Position numbers and translations under genes: made by a program
Shown here: piece by piece, positions 53,251 to 64,000 of the stretch
Layout of the letters: each line of letters starts with the position of its first letter
Position numbering within the stretch: the stretch's first letter is position 1
Notes under the pieces: model-generated
The model's database searches: none
Seen by the model: the letters and a program-made list of their open reading frames with translations, nothing else
What the model was told of the DNA's origin: nothing
From: Octopus sinensis
Lineage: Eukaryota
NCBI RefSeq assembly: GCF_006345805.1
Contig: NC_043016.1
Location: forward strand, 29,078,001-29,142,000
Reading direction: 5' to 3'
DNA: 64,000 bases

Positions 53251-56200
53251 GAAACCATAATATTATATAAATAATGATAATGCACCTATTCTATTAATAT
53301 GAGACTGCTTTTTCTGACGTGCAAACACTTATTGAACAACTATATGCATATATATGTATGTGTGTGTGTGTGTGTGTTTGCCTTTATGTTTTTTTTTTTC
53401 TCACAAATGCTGGAATTGGTTGGATGTGTATGTTATTGAGGTATTATTTTACAGCTGGATAACCTTCTTATCACTGATCATTGTATGTTCTTCAAACAAG
53501 GGATAAATTATTCCATACACTTTGAAGGTACAGAGTGAACGGGCATTTCGCAGACAAGAGAAGTAACAACAGCAACACTGCACAAAGAGAGCAATTTTTA
53601 TGGATGCAAACACATATGTGACGGGTTTCTTTTAGGTGTCATGCAGTGGATGGGAAGCTGTCTGAAGATGTCTGCATTGATACCACATGAGCAGTGGTGA
53701 TATGGGTTTATGTCCTGCATGGACAAAAGACCAATAGCTCAGCAGGTTTGATGCATGAATTCCAAAGAAGTGTCTCTGACCACAAAGTCCTGACTCAAAA
53801 AGTCTTGTATGACACAAGCCAACAGACATAAAAACAATTATGGTGATGACGATGACGGCATAGTATCAATATTTCAGTCTTCTGACAATATCTGTTCTCT
53901 CTAGTTGTACCAAGCAACATTGATGCAAGAAATCTTTGGGTTCTTTGGACCCTACACCAAAGAATTTTATCTTGATAAATGCCTCTGTCATCAAGAAACA
54001 AGCTCTGTAACATACACACACAAATACAATGTATGTGGGCATGAGTGTGTGTACATGTCTGTGTGAATGTATAATTATTTTATGCTTTTCCTTGTCTATT
54101 GAAAACATTTGTGCAATTAAGAAAATTAAATATTTTACAGCATTTTCTTGTTAGATTTTATTGCAGGGAATCTATTCTTTGTTGCCATTGTTGTTGTTCA
54201 ACCCTAGGTCAACTCTGATTCAGCAGACTACTCATTAAAGGCAATCCAGCCATGGGACTACACCATCTAAAGTGTCTTTACCTCGTTTTTCTTTTCTTTT
54301 TGATGGCCGTGTATAACATGAGGGGGCAGATGTAGAGACCACATAAGCCTGCCTCTGCTGTTGAAATAAATGTATTTATTATGCTTCCTTATCTTTGCAA
54401 TAATGGTGGTTTCAACATAACTTCAAAGATTATAATCTCTAACTGTTCCTTTCTATTATTATTCTACTTGGAAAATATTTTTGATGAGTCACATAACTTT
54501 CAAGAAAACCCAAGATATTCAAAAGACAGTAGTTATATATATATATATAATCACCTTCCATTTGCTTTTACCCCGTCCCAACTGAAATACATTGAAATGT
54601 TTTTTTTATTTTTTATTGTATCTGATCCCCAAAGATAATGGATTCATTGTTTCATTAAAATCTGATGATTCAATATGAAGAAAACTATTTTTGAGATTAA
54701 GCTTGCAACTTGAATAAATATTTGCATAGCAATGCTGTTTTTATACAATTTAGCACTTTTTTTTTGCTTCTAGATAGTAGCCTTAATTTTTTTGTTGCTG
54801 TTGTTTCATTAAAAATACCAACAAATTACACAACAAATTAATACTGTTTATGTCATAAGAATTTAGAAAATTTGAGGCTGAACTTGAAGTAGATAAAGCT
54901 ATAAATAATAGCATGTAAACATTGAGAGAAAAAAAAAACTTGTTGGGTTGAAAAAGTTAAAGGTTTGAATCACAATGGCAGACTGATTTTTTCTACCCAA
55001 AAGGTTTTTTTAACCTAATATCTATGCAGTTTTTATAATCTTATCTTCTTTGAGCTTAACAATCTAATATTTTTGTTGTTGTTATTTCATTAAAAATACC
55101 ACCTAATTACACAAGTTGTATAAATTACATAAACAATCTAATATTAGTTTTGTTGTTATTGTTTAACTAAAAATACCAGCTAATGAAACTATAATAATTA
55201 CATAACAATCAATTTAATATCAGTTAAAATATTTTTAATGGTGAACCTTGAAATGAATAAGACCAAAAATAAAAGCCTTTGACTTTTTCCTTCCAAAGGT
55301 TTTTTTTAGCCCAATATTCTATACATTATTTATAACTTCCACCGTTAATGTTAATGATTTACTTTTATACCTCTTGAAGTTACTAAATTCTTACAATATG
55401 AAATCTAATGTTGTTACTGTTTTACTAAGCACCCCTAATAAAATGACCCCCATAAATATCTGATTATCAGATATTTACATTTGAATTCACAAGATGGTTA
55501 TCTGCACTAAGGGACCTTCAGTGATTCCCAGGTAGTATTTGTGCCACAGACCTGTTAGAATTGAGCTGATTATTGAGATATTTACATTTATCTGTGAACA
55601 CCTTGATAAATTCGCATGTGACAATACAACATTAGTGCTTGGATAGTTTAAAGAGCATGAGAGAGGTAACTAAACCAAAGAGCTGAGTGTCTGAAATTCA
55701 ACATTGGTTGGTTTTATGAGGGATAGGCCTTTTAAGTTATGTCCACATTTCATACTCACGCCCACAATTAACATAAAAAAAAAAACCTATAAATATTTTT
55801 ATTAGATTACATAATCTGTAATGTTATATTGGCAAGCAAAGAATAAAGTAAAGCAGACCAAAAAGAAAAAAAAGCAGCAAAAATGGAAAATATTCCCAGA
55901 CTGTTAACACATTTTTGGTTTTTATGTTGCATATTGTATGTGTGTGGCCTGTGCTAAATTAAAGCTGGTGGTGACTTAAAAAAATTGATTACTTTCTTAC
56001 TTTCAATCAATATTTTAGATAATGGTAATTCTGAAGATCAATATTTATACAACTTTAATTTCAAATAGCTTTCTTGATTAACACATTAATTAATATGTTT
56101 TTAAATTCTGAGACAATATCATTAATAATTTACTATGTAATCTCTTGAAATGGAGTTAAAATGATTAAAATTGGAGAAAAATAAAAGAAAAAAAAAGGAT

Positions 56201-56756
56201 TTTGTATTCTTCATTCCTACCTCTTGTCTTGTACCTTACTTTATTTAAGCTATTATGACGAAGACCATGCTGGAGCATCATAAAATTTAGATGACCAAGC
56301 ATAAGTTACATAAACCAATTTTAATTAAGTTTATTCAGTAAAAAGGACCAATATTTTGCATGACAGTACTCTTAATATGACAATAAATTTTTTAAAAAAG
56401 ACTTCAAGGAACTACAAATTTAAAAAAAATTATTTAGAAATTCTTTGTAAGATTTTACAGAGTTTTTATTGGAATCTGATACGTGATCTTCAGAGCACTT
56501 TGAGTGAATGTTATTGAGGCCACAAAAAAATGCTGTATAAATCTTAAGGAAATTTTATGAACCTTAAAGACAAATATTCTCTTAGTGTAGAGTTTACAGT
56601 TAGCCACCCCAAGCTGGTAACTATCAGAACACAAGCTAAAAGACTAACATTACATATTTTTTCAGCTTGTGCGCATTTAATTCTTGCTACTGTTTTCTAC
56701 TTTGCTGCAAGTAAAGGTACAGCTCACTGTGTTCTAATTTATTATTTGCAACAATA

Positions 56757-58080
56757 AGTTAAAATCATCATGTGGCCTTAAGAAACCACAAGGGAAAGTA
56801 GATTTGGTATTCAGACCAAAATCAGAGTTCATAATAATATGGTCCAACTTGCCATTAAATTTTGGCTGATTGTAACTAGGAATTACATGTGGGACAACCA
56901 ACCTACCATTTTTAGACAGAATATCTTTATCATGAAAGCAGCAACAATTCTTAGTTTATAGACTTGCTGCAGAAGTAAATAACAATTTCAAAACATCTTT
57001 GTTCACCTCTTTGAATTCAGTGTCTTTCCTACCAATGATCCCATTGTAGAACCAGGGGCAATCTTAGGCAGGTTGGTGTTTAAAGGCTTAATGATCAGAA
57101 AATGGTATTCTTCAAAAATTCCACATGGTAAGTAGCTTGCTTACCAACCACATGGTTCTGGGTTCAGTCCCACTGCGTGGCAACTTGGGCAGGTGTCTTC
57201 TACTATAGCCTCGGGTTGACCAAAGCCTTGTGTGTGGATTTGGTAGACGGAAACTGAAAGAAGCTTGTCATATATATGTAAATATATATATGTGTGTGTA
57301 TATATATACATATATATATGTGTGTGTATATATACATATATATATATATATATGTATATGTTTGTGTATCTGTGTTTGTCCCCCCCCAACATTGCTTAAC
57401 AACTGATGCTGGTCGCCGTAACTTACCAATTCGGCAAAAGAGACTGATAGGCTTACAAAGAATAAGTCCTGGGGGCGATTTACTCGACTAAAGGCAGTGC
57501 TCCAGCATGGCCACAGTCAAATGACTGAAACAAGTAAAAGAGAAAGTTTCTTGCAATCCTTCAACACTACTCTTGACCTATTGATGTGCTTATTTCCTTC
57601 TTAACGCTATTTTAATGTTTATATTCTTTTTTTTAGGGGTATGCTTTATCTTGCATAGCCACATTGTATACATGTGGCTATTTTTACCATCTTTCTTAAC
57701 TCGGCTTAATGCTGCTTTCTATCTCCACTTTTACCCTTCTTTGATGGGTAACTGTATACAATACTGAATCAGGTTACAATAATCTCATATTAATCTACTA
57801 TGTTGTCAAAACAATTCTTTTCTGTTAACCCATTTCTATTTTTACTTAATCTATTTTTGTGAAAGATTAGTTTTAAATATTTTAAATATGAAACAGATTA
57901 ATCAAAGAAACAGGCACATATTGTTAAATTAGACAAGCAAATGCATTAATTATTTGATTGTTGTTGTTGCTGCTGCTGTTGTTTTGAATAAAACTAAAAA
58001 CTAAAAGAATCTGTATTTTGGTCTGAATACCAAATCTACTTTCCCTTGTGGCTTCTTAAGGCCACATGCTGATTTTAACT
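56757..58080. repeat. ~65-bp inverted repeat pair 1.2 kb apart
   Basis: 56757-56821 is the reverse complement of ~58017-58080 with about 2 mismatches. Confidence 0.9.
57126..57543 (+). mobile_element. SINE family A copy
   Basis: Consensus match, head slightly clipped. Confidence 0.9.
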
Positions 58081-58639
58081 GTATTAGATCCATTTAAGTT
58101 AATATTACCAATGAGTTTCACACTGGGTATTAAATAATCAGATAATTATAATTCAGTTGAATAATACCATATACTCTTCAGAGATGCGTAGTATTATTTA
58201 ACTGTGCTGTTATATGATAAGAGTCAGTTGTTTAATATCCAGTATGAAGCCAATTGATAAGATCAACTGAAATGTATCTATAATACTGTATACACTAACA
58301 CACACACACACATATAAACACACACACACACACACATACATAAACATATATATACATATATAAACATAACATCTATAGTCATTGGAGTCTGAGTCTGATG
58401 AGCTGTCTATAAGGCTCATCAGACTTTATAGATGCAAAACCAATGGTCACTCTAGGACTGGCCGTATAGTTAAGTTCCTATAAATATATACATACATACA
58501 TATATATATACGTTTATAAAATTAAATAAGGTATTATTACCATTATTGATAAAGTGGCCAGCAAGCCTAAACCTATTTAGGTAAAATATGCAAATAAATT
58601 AAGTAGGGTATCAGAATACCACATGCTAGAAATGTGTAT

Positions 58640-58670
<31 letters not shown>

Positions 58671-58678
58671 TATATATA

Positions 58679-59040
58679 GGCGCAGGTGTGGCTGTGTGGT
58701 AAGTAGCTTGCTTACCGACCACATGGTTTTTTTTTGTTCAGTCCCACTGCATGGCACCTTTGGGCAAGTGTCTTCTACTATAGCCTCAGGTCGACCAAAA
58801 TCTTGCGACTGGACTTGGTAAATGGAAACTGAAAGAAGCACATCGTATATATATGTATATATAGTATGTTGTGTATCTTTGTTTGTCCCCCCAACATCAC
58901 TTGACAACTGATGCTGGTGTGTTTACGTCCCTGTAACTTAGTGGTTTGGCAGAAGAGACTGATAGAAAAAGTCCTGGGATTGATTTGTTTGACTAAAGGC
59001 GGTGCTCCAGCATAGCCACAGTCAAATGACTGAAACAAGA
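58679..59040 (+). mobile_element. SINE family A copy
   Basis: Consensus match. Confidence 0.9.
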
Positions 59041-59054
59041 GTATATATATATAC

Positions 59055-59204
59055 TGTGCAAGTGAGTCTGACATGTGTGTGTGTGTTGGGTGTAGCAGTT
59101 GTATGCTTTTTCGGGTGCTGTGTGCACATGTGTGTGTGTGTGTCTCTCTGACCCAATAATGTGTATAGTGTATGTATGTGAGCAAAAGTTATCTTTGTCT
59201 CTGT

Positions 59205-59266
<62 letters not shown>

Positions 59267-59411
59267 GAGGCAAAGATAACTTTTGCTCACATACATACAC
59301 TATACACATTATTGGGTCAGAGAGATACACACACACACACGTGCACACAGCACCCGAAAAAGCATACAACTGCTACACCCAACACACACACATGTCAGAC
59401 TCACTTGCACA
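59055..59411. repeat. 357-bp near-perfect palindrome centred on (TG)n(TA)n(CA)n
   Basis: Arms of ~150 bp of semi-unique sequence are reverse complements with few mismatches. Confidence 0.95.
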
Positions 59412-59654
59412 CCTTAGCTTGTTGGGATCACCACCATTATTATCTCCCTTTCATTCAACCTCCCCCCCCAGCCTTTTACCATGTTGGACTTTCAAACTCT
59501 ACATGCATTTTTCATTCCCTCTCCATTCATTTCTGTTAGAGTGTAGGCTTGAGACGTAAATGCCTTTTCCATTTTTCCAGAGCATCAAACTAATACTCTT
59601 ACTTGTTGTTCCTACACCTGTCATTGTCTTCTGTTTTTTCTATAAATTTGAACC

Positions 59655-59693
<39 letters not shown>

Positions 59694-60182
59694 TACATAC
59701 ATATATGCGTACATACATATATGCATACATACATATATACATGCATGCATACATATATTCATGCATGCATATATATATATATATATATATACATGCATGC
59801 ATACATACATATATACATGCATGCATACATATATATACATGAATACATGCATGCATACATATATATACATGAATACACATATATACATATATATATGCAT
59901 ACATACACATATATATGCATATACATATATACATATATATGCATACATACACATATATATGCATATACATATATATGCATATACATATATATACATATAC
60001 ATATATATACATGTATATATATACATATATATGCATACATACACATATATATGCATACATACACATATATATGCATATACATATATATACATGTATATAT
60101 ATATATATATTAGATATATATGCATACATATATGCATATCTATATATATGCATGCATATATACATGCATATACATACACACA
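59655..60182. repeat. compound TA/CA/TGCA microsatellite
   Basis: Direct read; explains the stack of ORFs here. Confidence 0.95.
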
Positions 60183-60601
60183 AGTGTGTCCTATTCTGTT
60201 AGTCAAAATTAGTTAATGAATAAAATACAAAATGCATTTATATAAATTTTTAATTTTAAATATTAGCATTCATTTAAAATTAATTATCAAGATAATAGTT
60301 AATAATTGGTTTATTAACCTAATGCTATTGAAATAGTCTTTTAGAAACTAAAGCTATAAGTAGATGGTTATTTGAAAAACAAATTGAAATTATTATTAAT
60401 AATTATTATTATCTTTGCAAAAATTGAAGTATTAGCAACAGCAAGCCTTGTGCATTTGTATGTGAGGGTGTGTTTCAAAGTAAAATCATGTGGAGGAGAA
60501 GAAATGTAATTTAAAATATCCTAGAGTATTGATTAATTATTCCGCCAAAGAATGGAGAAAAATATTCCCAAAGAATAACAAATGATTTTCTTTTTACTTA
60601 C

Positions 60602-60689
60602 TGCTCTGTATGGTGAGGGATTTGTTTATTACATTTTTGTCATTTGTCCATGTGGAGGGGTTTTTGGTATTCATGCTCTTTGATGTGGG
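60602..60689 (-). CDS. internal coding exon PTSKSMNTKNPSTWTNDKNVINKSLTIQS, unknown protein
   Basis: ttttgtatttcag acceptor, A|gtaagt donor, 88 nt, open in phase 0-1, joins 52313 exon in frame. Confidence 0.6.
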
Positions 60690-61800
60690 CTGAAATACAA
60701 AACGGCATTATTAGATATATGGAAATTATCAATATTTTCATATTAATGAACAACAAAACAATAATAAATAGAATTGAAATTCACTGCATGTGTAATCTTT
60801 AATAATTCTGATCTGTTCAGTACCTCTTTCAGAAGCAGACATCCTGGATATCTTGTGAAATGGAGTGGAAACATGACAACTTAGTCTTACTCAACAATAT
60901 CAATATATTGTAAAGTAGAGTGGAGACTTAATTTAGTCTTACTCAATGATAGCAAAGCAAAGATATCTCTACAAAACACCACCACTCCTAAATATGTACA
61001 ACAACAGCATAGTTGAAGTCATAACGCTTGTATAATAGCTAGGTAGTATCATAAGTAATGTCATAACACACTGTAATTGTTACATTATATCGTAAGTAAT
61101 GTCATAAACATTTTATAATTACTGTTTCATAACTAAAGAAATTACTAAACACTTCCTACATCAACAAGGATGCCCCTCTATGGTCATTTAGCAGCCAGAT
61201 CTTCTCCAAATACATATATTTATGTTAAGAAAAAGGAAGTGCAATTCTTGATAGGATGGTCAAGACAAGAATGCTTTTGGTTATAAGTTTGCTCGGTTGG
61301 GGCTGGCCTGAGATAAACAACAGTGACAACTAAAATTTTCAAGGCTCAGTAAAACTACAAAACAATGTTTATAAGCCACAGCACATCAGCAAATAAACTT
61401 CATTCTATTTGTATATATATATAAGTCCTGAACCAGCAATTTATTTAATTTCAAGGTGATGGTATTGATAAGTCATGATGGTACATGGTATTGATAAGTC
61501 ACAATCAGAATCTACTATTCTTGATCACTTTGGGGTAAGTTGTCTCATCTGGTCTAGGACATTTGGTGTACTTTAACACTTGGCATTGTGTAGGGAGCTT
61601 TCCCAGGATGCTATCCCACAGAAAAAGGGCATTTAAACAAAATACATTATCTATGTGCAATCAATAATATATGTATATAAAACTATAGTTATTTAACTAT
61701 ATATCACTTTATTTATACAACTATACATATATAAATTTAATACCATTTTATATATATTGAAGAGTTAGAACTAAAAATATTATAAAAACTGTAAACAATA

Positions 61801-61972
61801 GGCATAGGAGTGGCTGTGTGGTAAGTAGCTTGCTTACGAACCACATGGTTCCGGGTTCAGTCCCACTGCATGGTACCTTGGGCAGTGTCTTCTACTATAG
61901 CCTCGGGCCGACCAAAGCCTTGTGAGTAGATTTGGTAGATGGAAACTGAGAGAAGCCTGTCGTATATATGTA

Positions 61973-62051
<79 letters not shown>

Positions 62052-62262
62052 CGTATATGTTTGTGTGTCTGCGTTTGTTTCCCTCCAACATTGCTTGACA
62101 ACCAATGCTGGTGTGTTTACATCCCCGTTACTTAGCGGTTTGGCAAAAGAGACCGACAGAATGAGTACTAGGCTTACAAAGAATAAGTCCTGGGGTTGAT
62201 TTGCTCAACTGAAAGCAGTGCTCCAGCATGGCCACAGTCAAATGACTGAAACAAGTAAAAGA
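61801..62262 (+). mobile_element. SINE family A, full length
   Basis: Consensus match. Confidence 0.9.
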
Positions 62263-62818
62263 GTAATACTAAACAAACTGATCTGGCATATTTCTGTCAG
62301 GATTGCAGAAATATTAAAATACAACCAGGGCCAGAAATGCAATAGCTATGATGAGGAGATGAGTCATAACAGCAACTTGAAGTGTTCTTGCAGAATTAGC
62401 TTTCCCTTACAGCATACATAGGCATCTTTATTTACTGAATTAATGTTTAAAAAAACAAAACAAAAAAAAAAAATGACTATGACGAAGCAATGATTCAGAA
62501 CCTTGTCAGCTGGTCATTATTATATGATGGATGAGGAAAGGTTGAGTGTGAAGAGATTAGGATTCTCATTTAAGGTTGTGAATCAATCAATGTAACTGTG
62601 GAAACAGGGAACAAATGGTGAATGAAATTATAGCAGTAGTTTATTAGCATTTTGTCTTCAGGAACCTACATTCATAATTATAGGAATAGATAAGGAGAGG
62701 AGAGGAAATAAGAGAAATTGCAATACCCGTCAACTACTGATTTTTATTTTTTTACTTTACAATGATGTTGCAAAATTCATGAATTTTTTATGCTTGAAAA
62801 CAACTATGTGGTGCTTAA

Positions 62819-63040
62819 CCCTTTTGTTACCATATTTCTGTTGAGATATTCTGTGTTTCTTTCAATTAATTTTAAATATAACGAAAAATTAGTAAAATAA
62901 TTTAGTTTATCTTTAAGCTAGAGTTAGGAACATAAATTGTGACTAAGGTTTGGTGGAAGATTTTAATTCAGAACTTTTGAAAACAAGACATTTGTACTAC
63001 AGAGCCAGAGGCGGTTTCAGGCGGGTTGGTATCAAAAGGG
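62819..63040. mobile_element. piggyBac-like MITE family M1 (inverse orientation), inserted in a SINE head
   Basis: TTAA|CCCTTTTGTTACC ... GGTATCAAAAGGG|TTAA; reverse complement of 20778-20997. Confidence 0.9.
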
Positions 63041-63649
63041 TTAAGAAGTTTCTCAATCAAGTGGTCTTGGGTTCAATCCCACTGCATGGCACCTTGAGCA
63101 AGAGTCTTTTACTATAGTACAAGGCCAACCAAAGCCTTGTGAGTGGATTTGGCAGGCAGAAACTGAGAGAAGCCCAATGTGTGTGTGTGTGTGCCCTTGT
63201 CTAGACATTACAAGATGGTCATATACGCAAGGTTGTTCATTTGCAGTCTTCCATGAAGAAAATGTCTAGCAATGTGAAAAATATTACCTTACTTGAAAAT
63301 AGGTGATGACAGAAGAGCATCCAACCAGAAAAACATGTGCCTCAACTAAATCTATCATGGAAAATGAACATTAAATAATGATGATAATGCATGCATACAT
63401 ACATATTAATATGTAATTGTAAAATGTGAGGATCTAAGTGTAGGAAATTTGTAAGCTTTGAGCAGTCCGTAGTAACAACATTCAGGAACAATAATAATTT
63501 GTTGGTGAGGGTTGTGAGGTTTTCCCATATAGAAGATCACTTATCCCCCACAAATATTTCTTTATAGCCTGCAGTTAGTAACTTGAGTTGTTATGAATGC
63601 AGATTATATATATATATAGTAAAGGTGTATAGTTTGCAAGATATGTTTG

Positions 63650-63822
63650 ATATGTTTTTAAGCCAAAACAATGCAAGTTATAAAATTAATAATACCTTCT
63701 TCTAAAGATTTCCTGAAAAAGGGGTGTTAACCCTGAAACATAGACGTATCAGGTAAAAGTACATACCATTGAACTGTGCTATTAATTTTTATAACTCACA
63801 TTGTCTTGGCTTAAAAACATAT
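63650..63822. mobile_element. fold-back element with hammerhead-like motif in the loop
   Basis: ~42-bp arms 63650-63691 / 63780-63822; CUGAAAA-A-GGGG-uguuaa-CCCU-GAAACAU-AG-ACGUA at 63713-63748. Confidence 0.55.
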
Positions 63823-63854
63823 TTAAAACACACAAGGTCTATTTTTATTCCTCC

Positions 63855-64000
63855 TGTGCAGGTGGCACATAAAAGGCACCATTTGAGCATGGCCGTTGCC
63901 AGTACTGCCTGACCGGCCCTCGTGCCGGAGGCACATAAAAGCACCCATTACACTCTCGGAGTGGTTGGCATTAGGAATGGCATCCAACTGTAGAAATCTT
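63855..64000 (+). mobile_element. SINE-like family C copy, runs off window
   Basis: GGAGTGGTTGGCATTAGGAATGGCATCCAACTGTAGAAA. Confidence 0.8.

Noticed and set aside
43817-57071. Plus-strand exon candidates 43817-43915, 46248-46357 and 57021-57071
   Set aside because: Open frames with plausible AG/GT but weak donors, no recognisable product, and antisense to better-supported exons
59560-60216. Stack of long ORFs up to 218 aa (Y/I/H/M/C-rich)
   Set aside because: Translation of TA/CA microsatellite, open in all frames; same for ORFs near 2.9, 8.5, 12.1, 18.8 and 37.2 kb

Overview
AT-rich, microsatellite-laden eukaryotic DNA. The SINE families and (TA)n/(CA)n/(AAT)n load resemble octopus (coleoid cephalopod) genomes; this is inferred from recalled repeat consensus, not a database hit. 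Almost all ORF-track entries come from microsatellites or SINEs. The window is mostly intron-like. Three minus-strand exons with good splice sites (60602-60689, 52209-52313 and a putative first coding exon 23567-23642) belong to one or two unidentified genes. The rest is several tRNA-derived SINE families, decayed LINE fragments (I-group, RTE, CR1/Jockey-like), and piggyBac-, hAT- and Helentron-type MITEs. A 3.5-kb duplication straddles a 100-N gap and is probably an assembly artefact. The most interesting signal is a set of at least four unrelated short elements carrying minimal type-I hammerhead ribozyme motifs, most of them fold-backs with Penelope-like inverted-repeat-plus-tail architecture. 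One of them (42313-42844) is a tRNA-headed SINE with a hammerhead and a 16-bp target-site duplication. All alignments and folds were done by eye and coordinates of decayed repeats are approximate.
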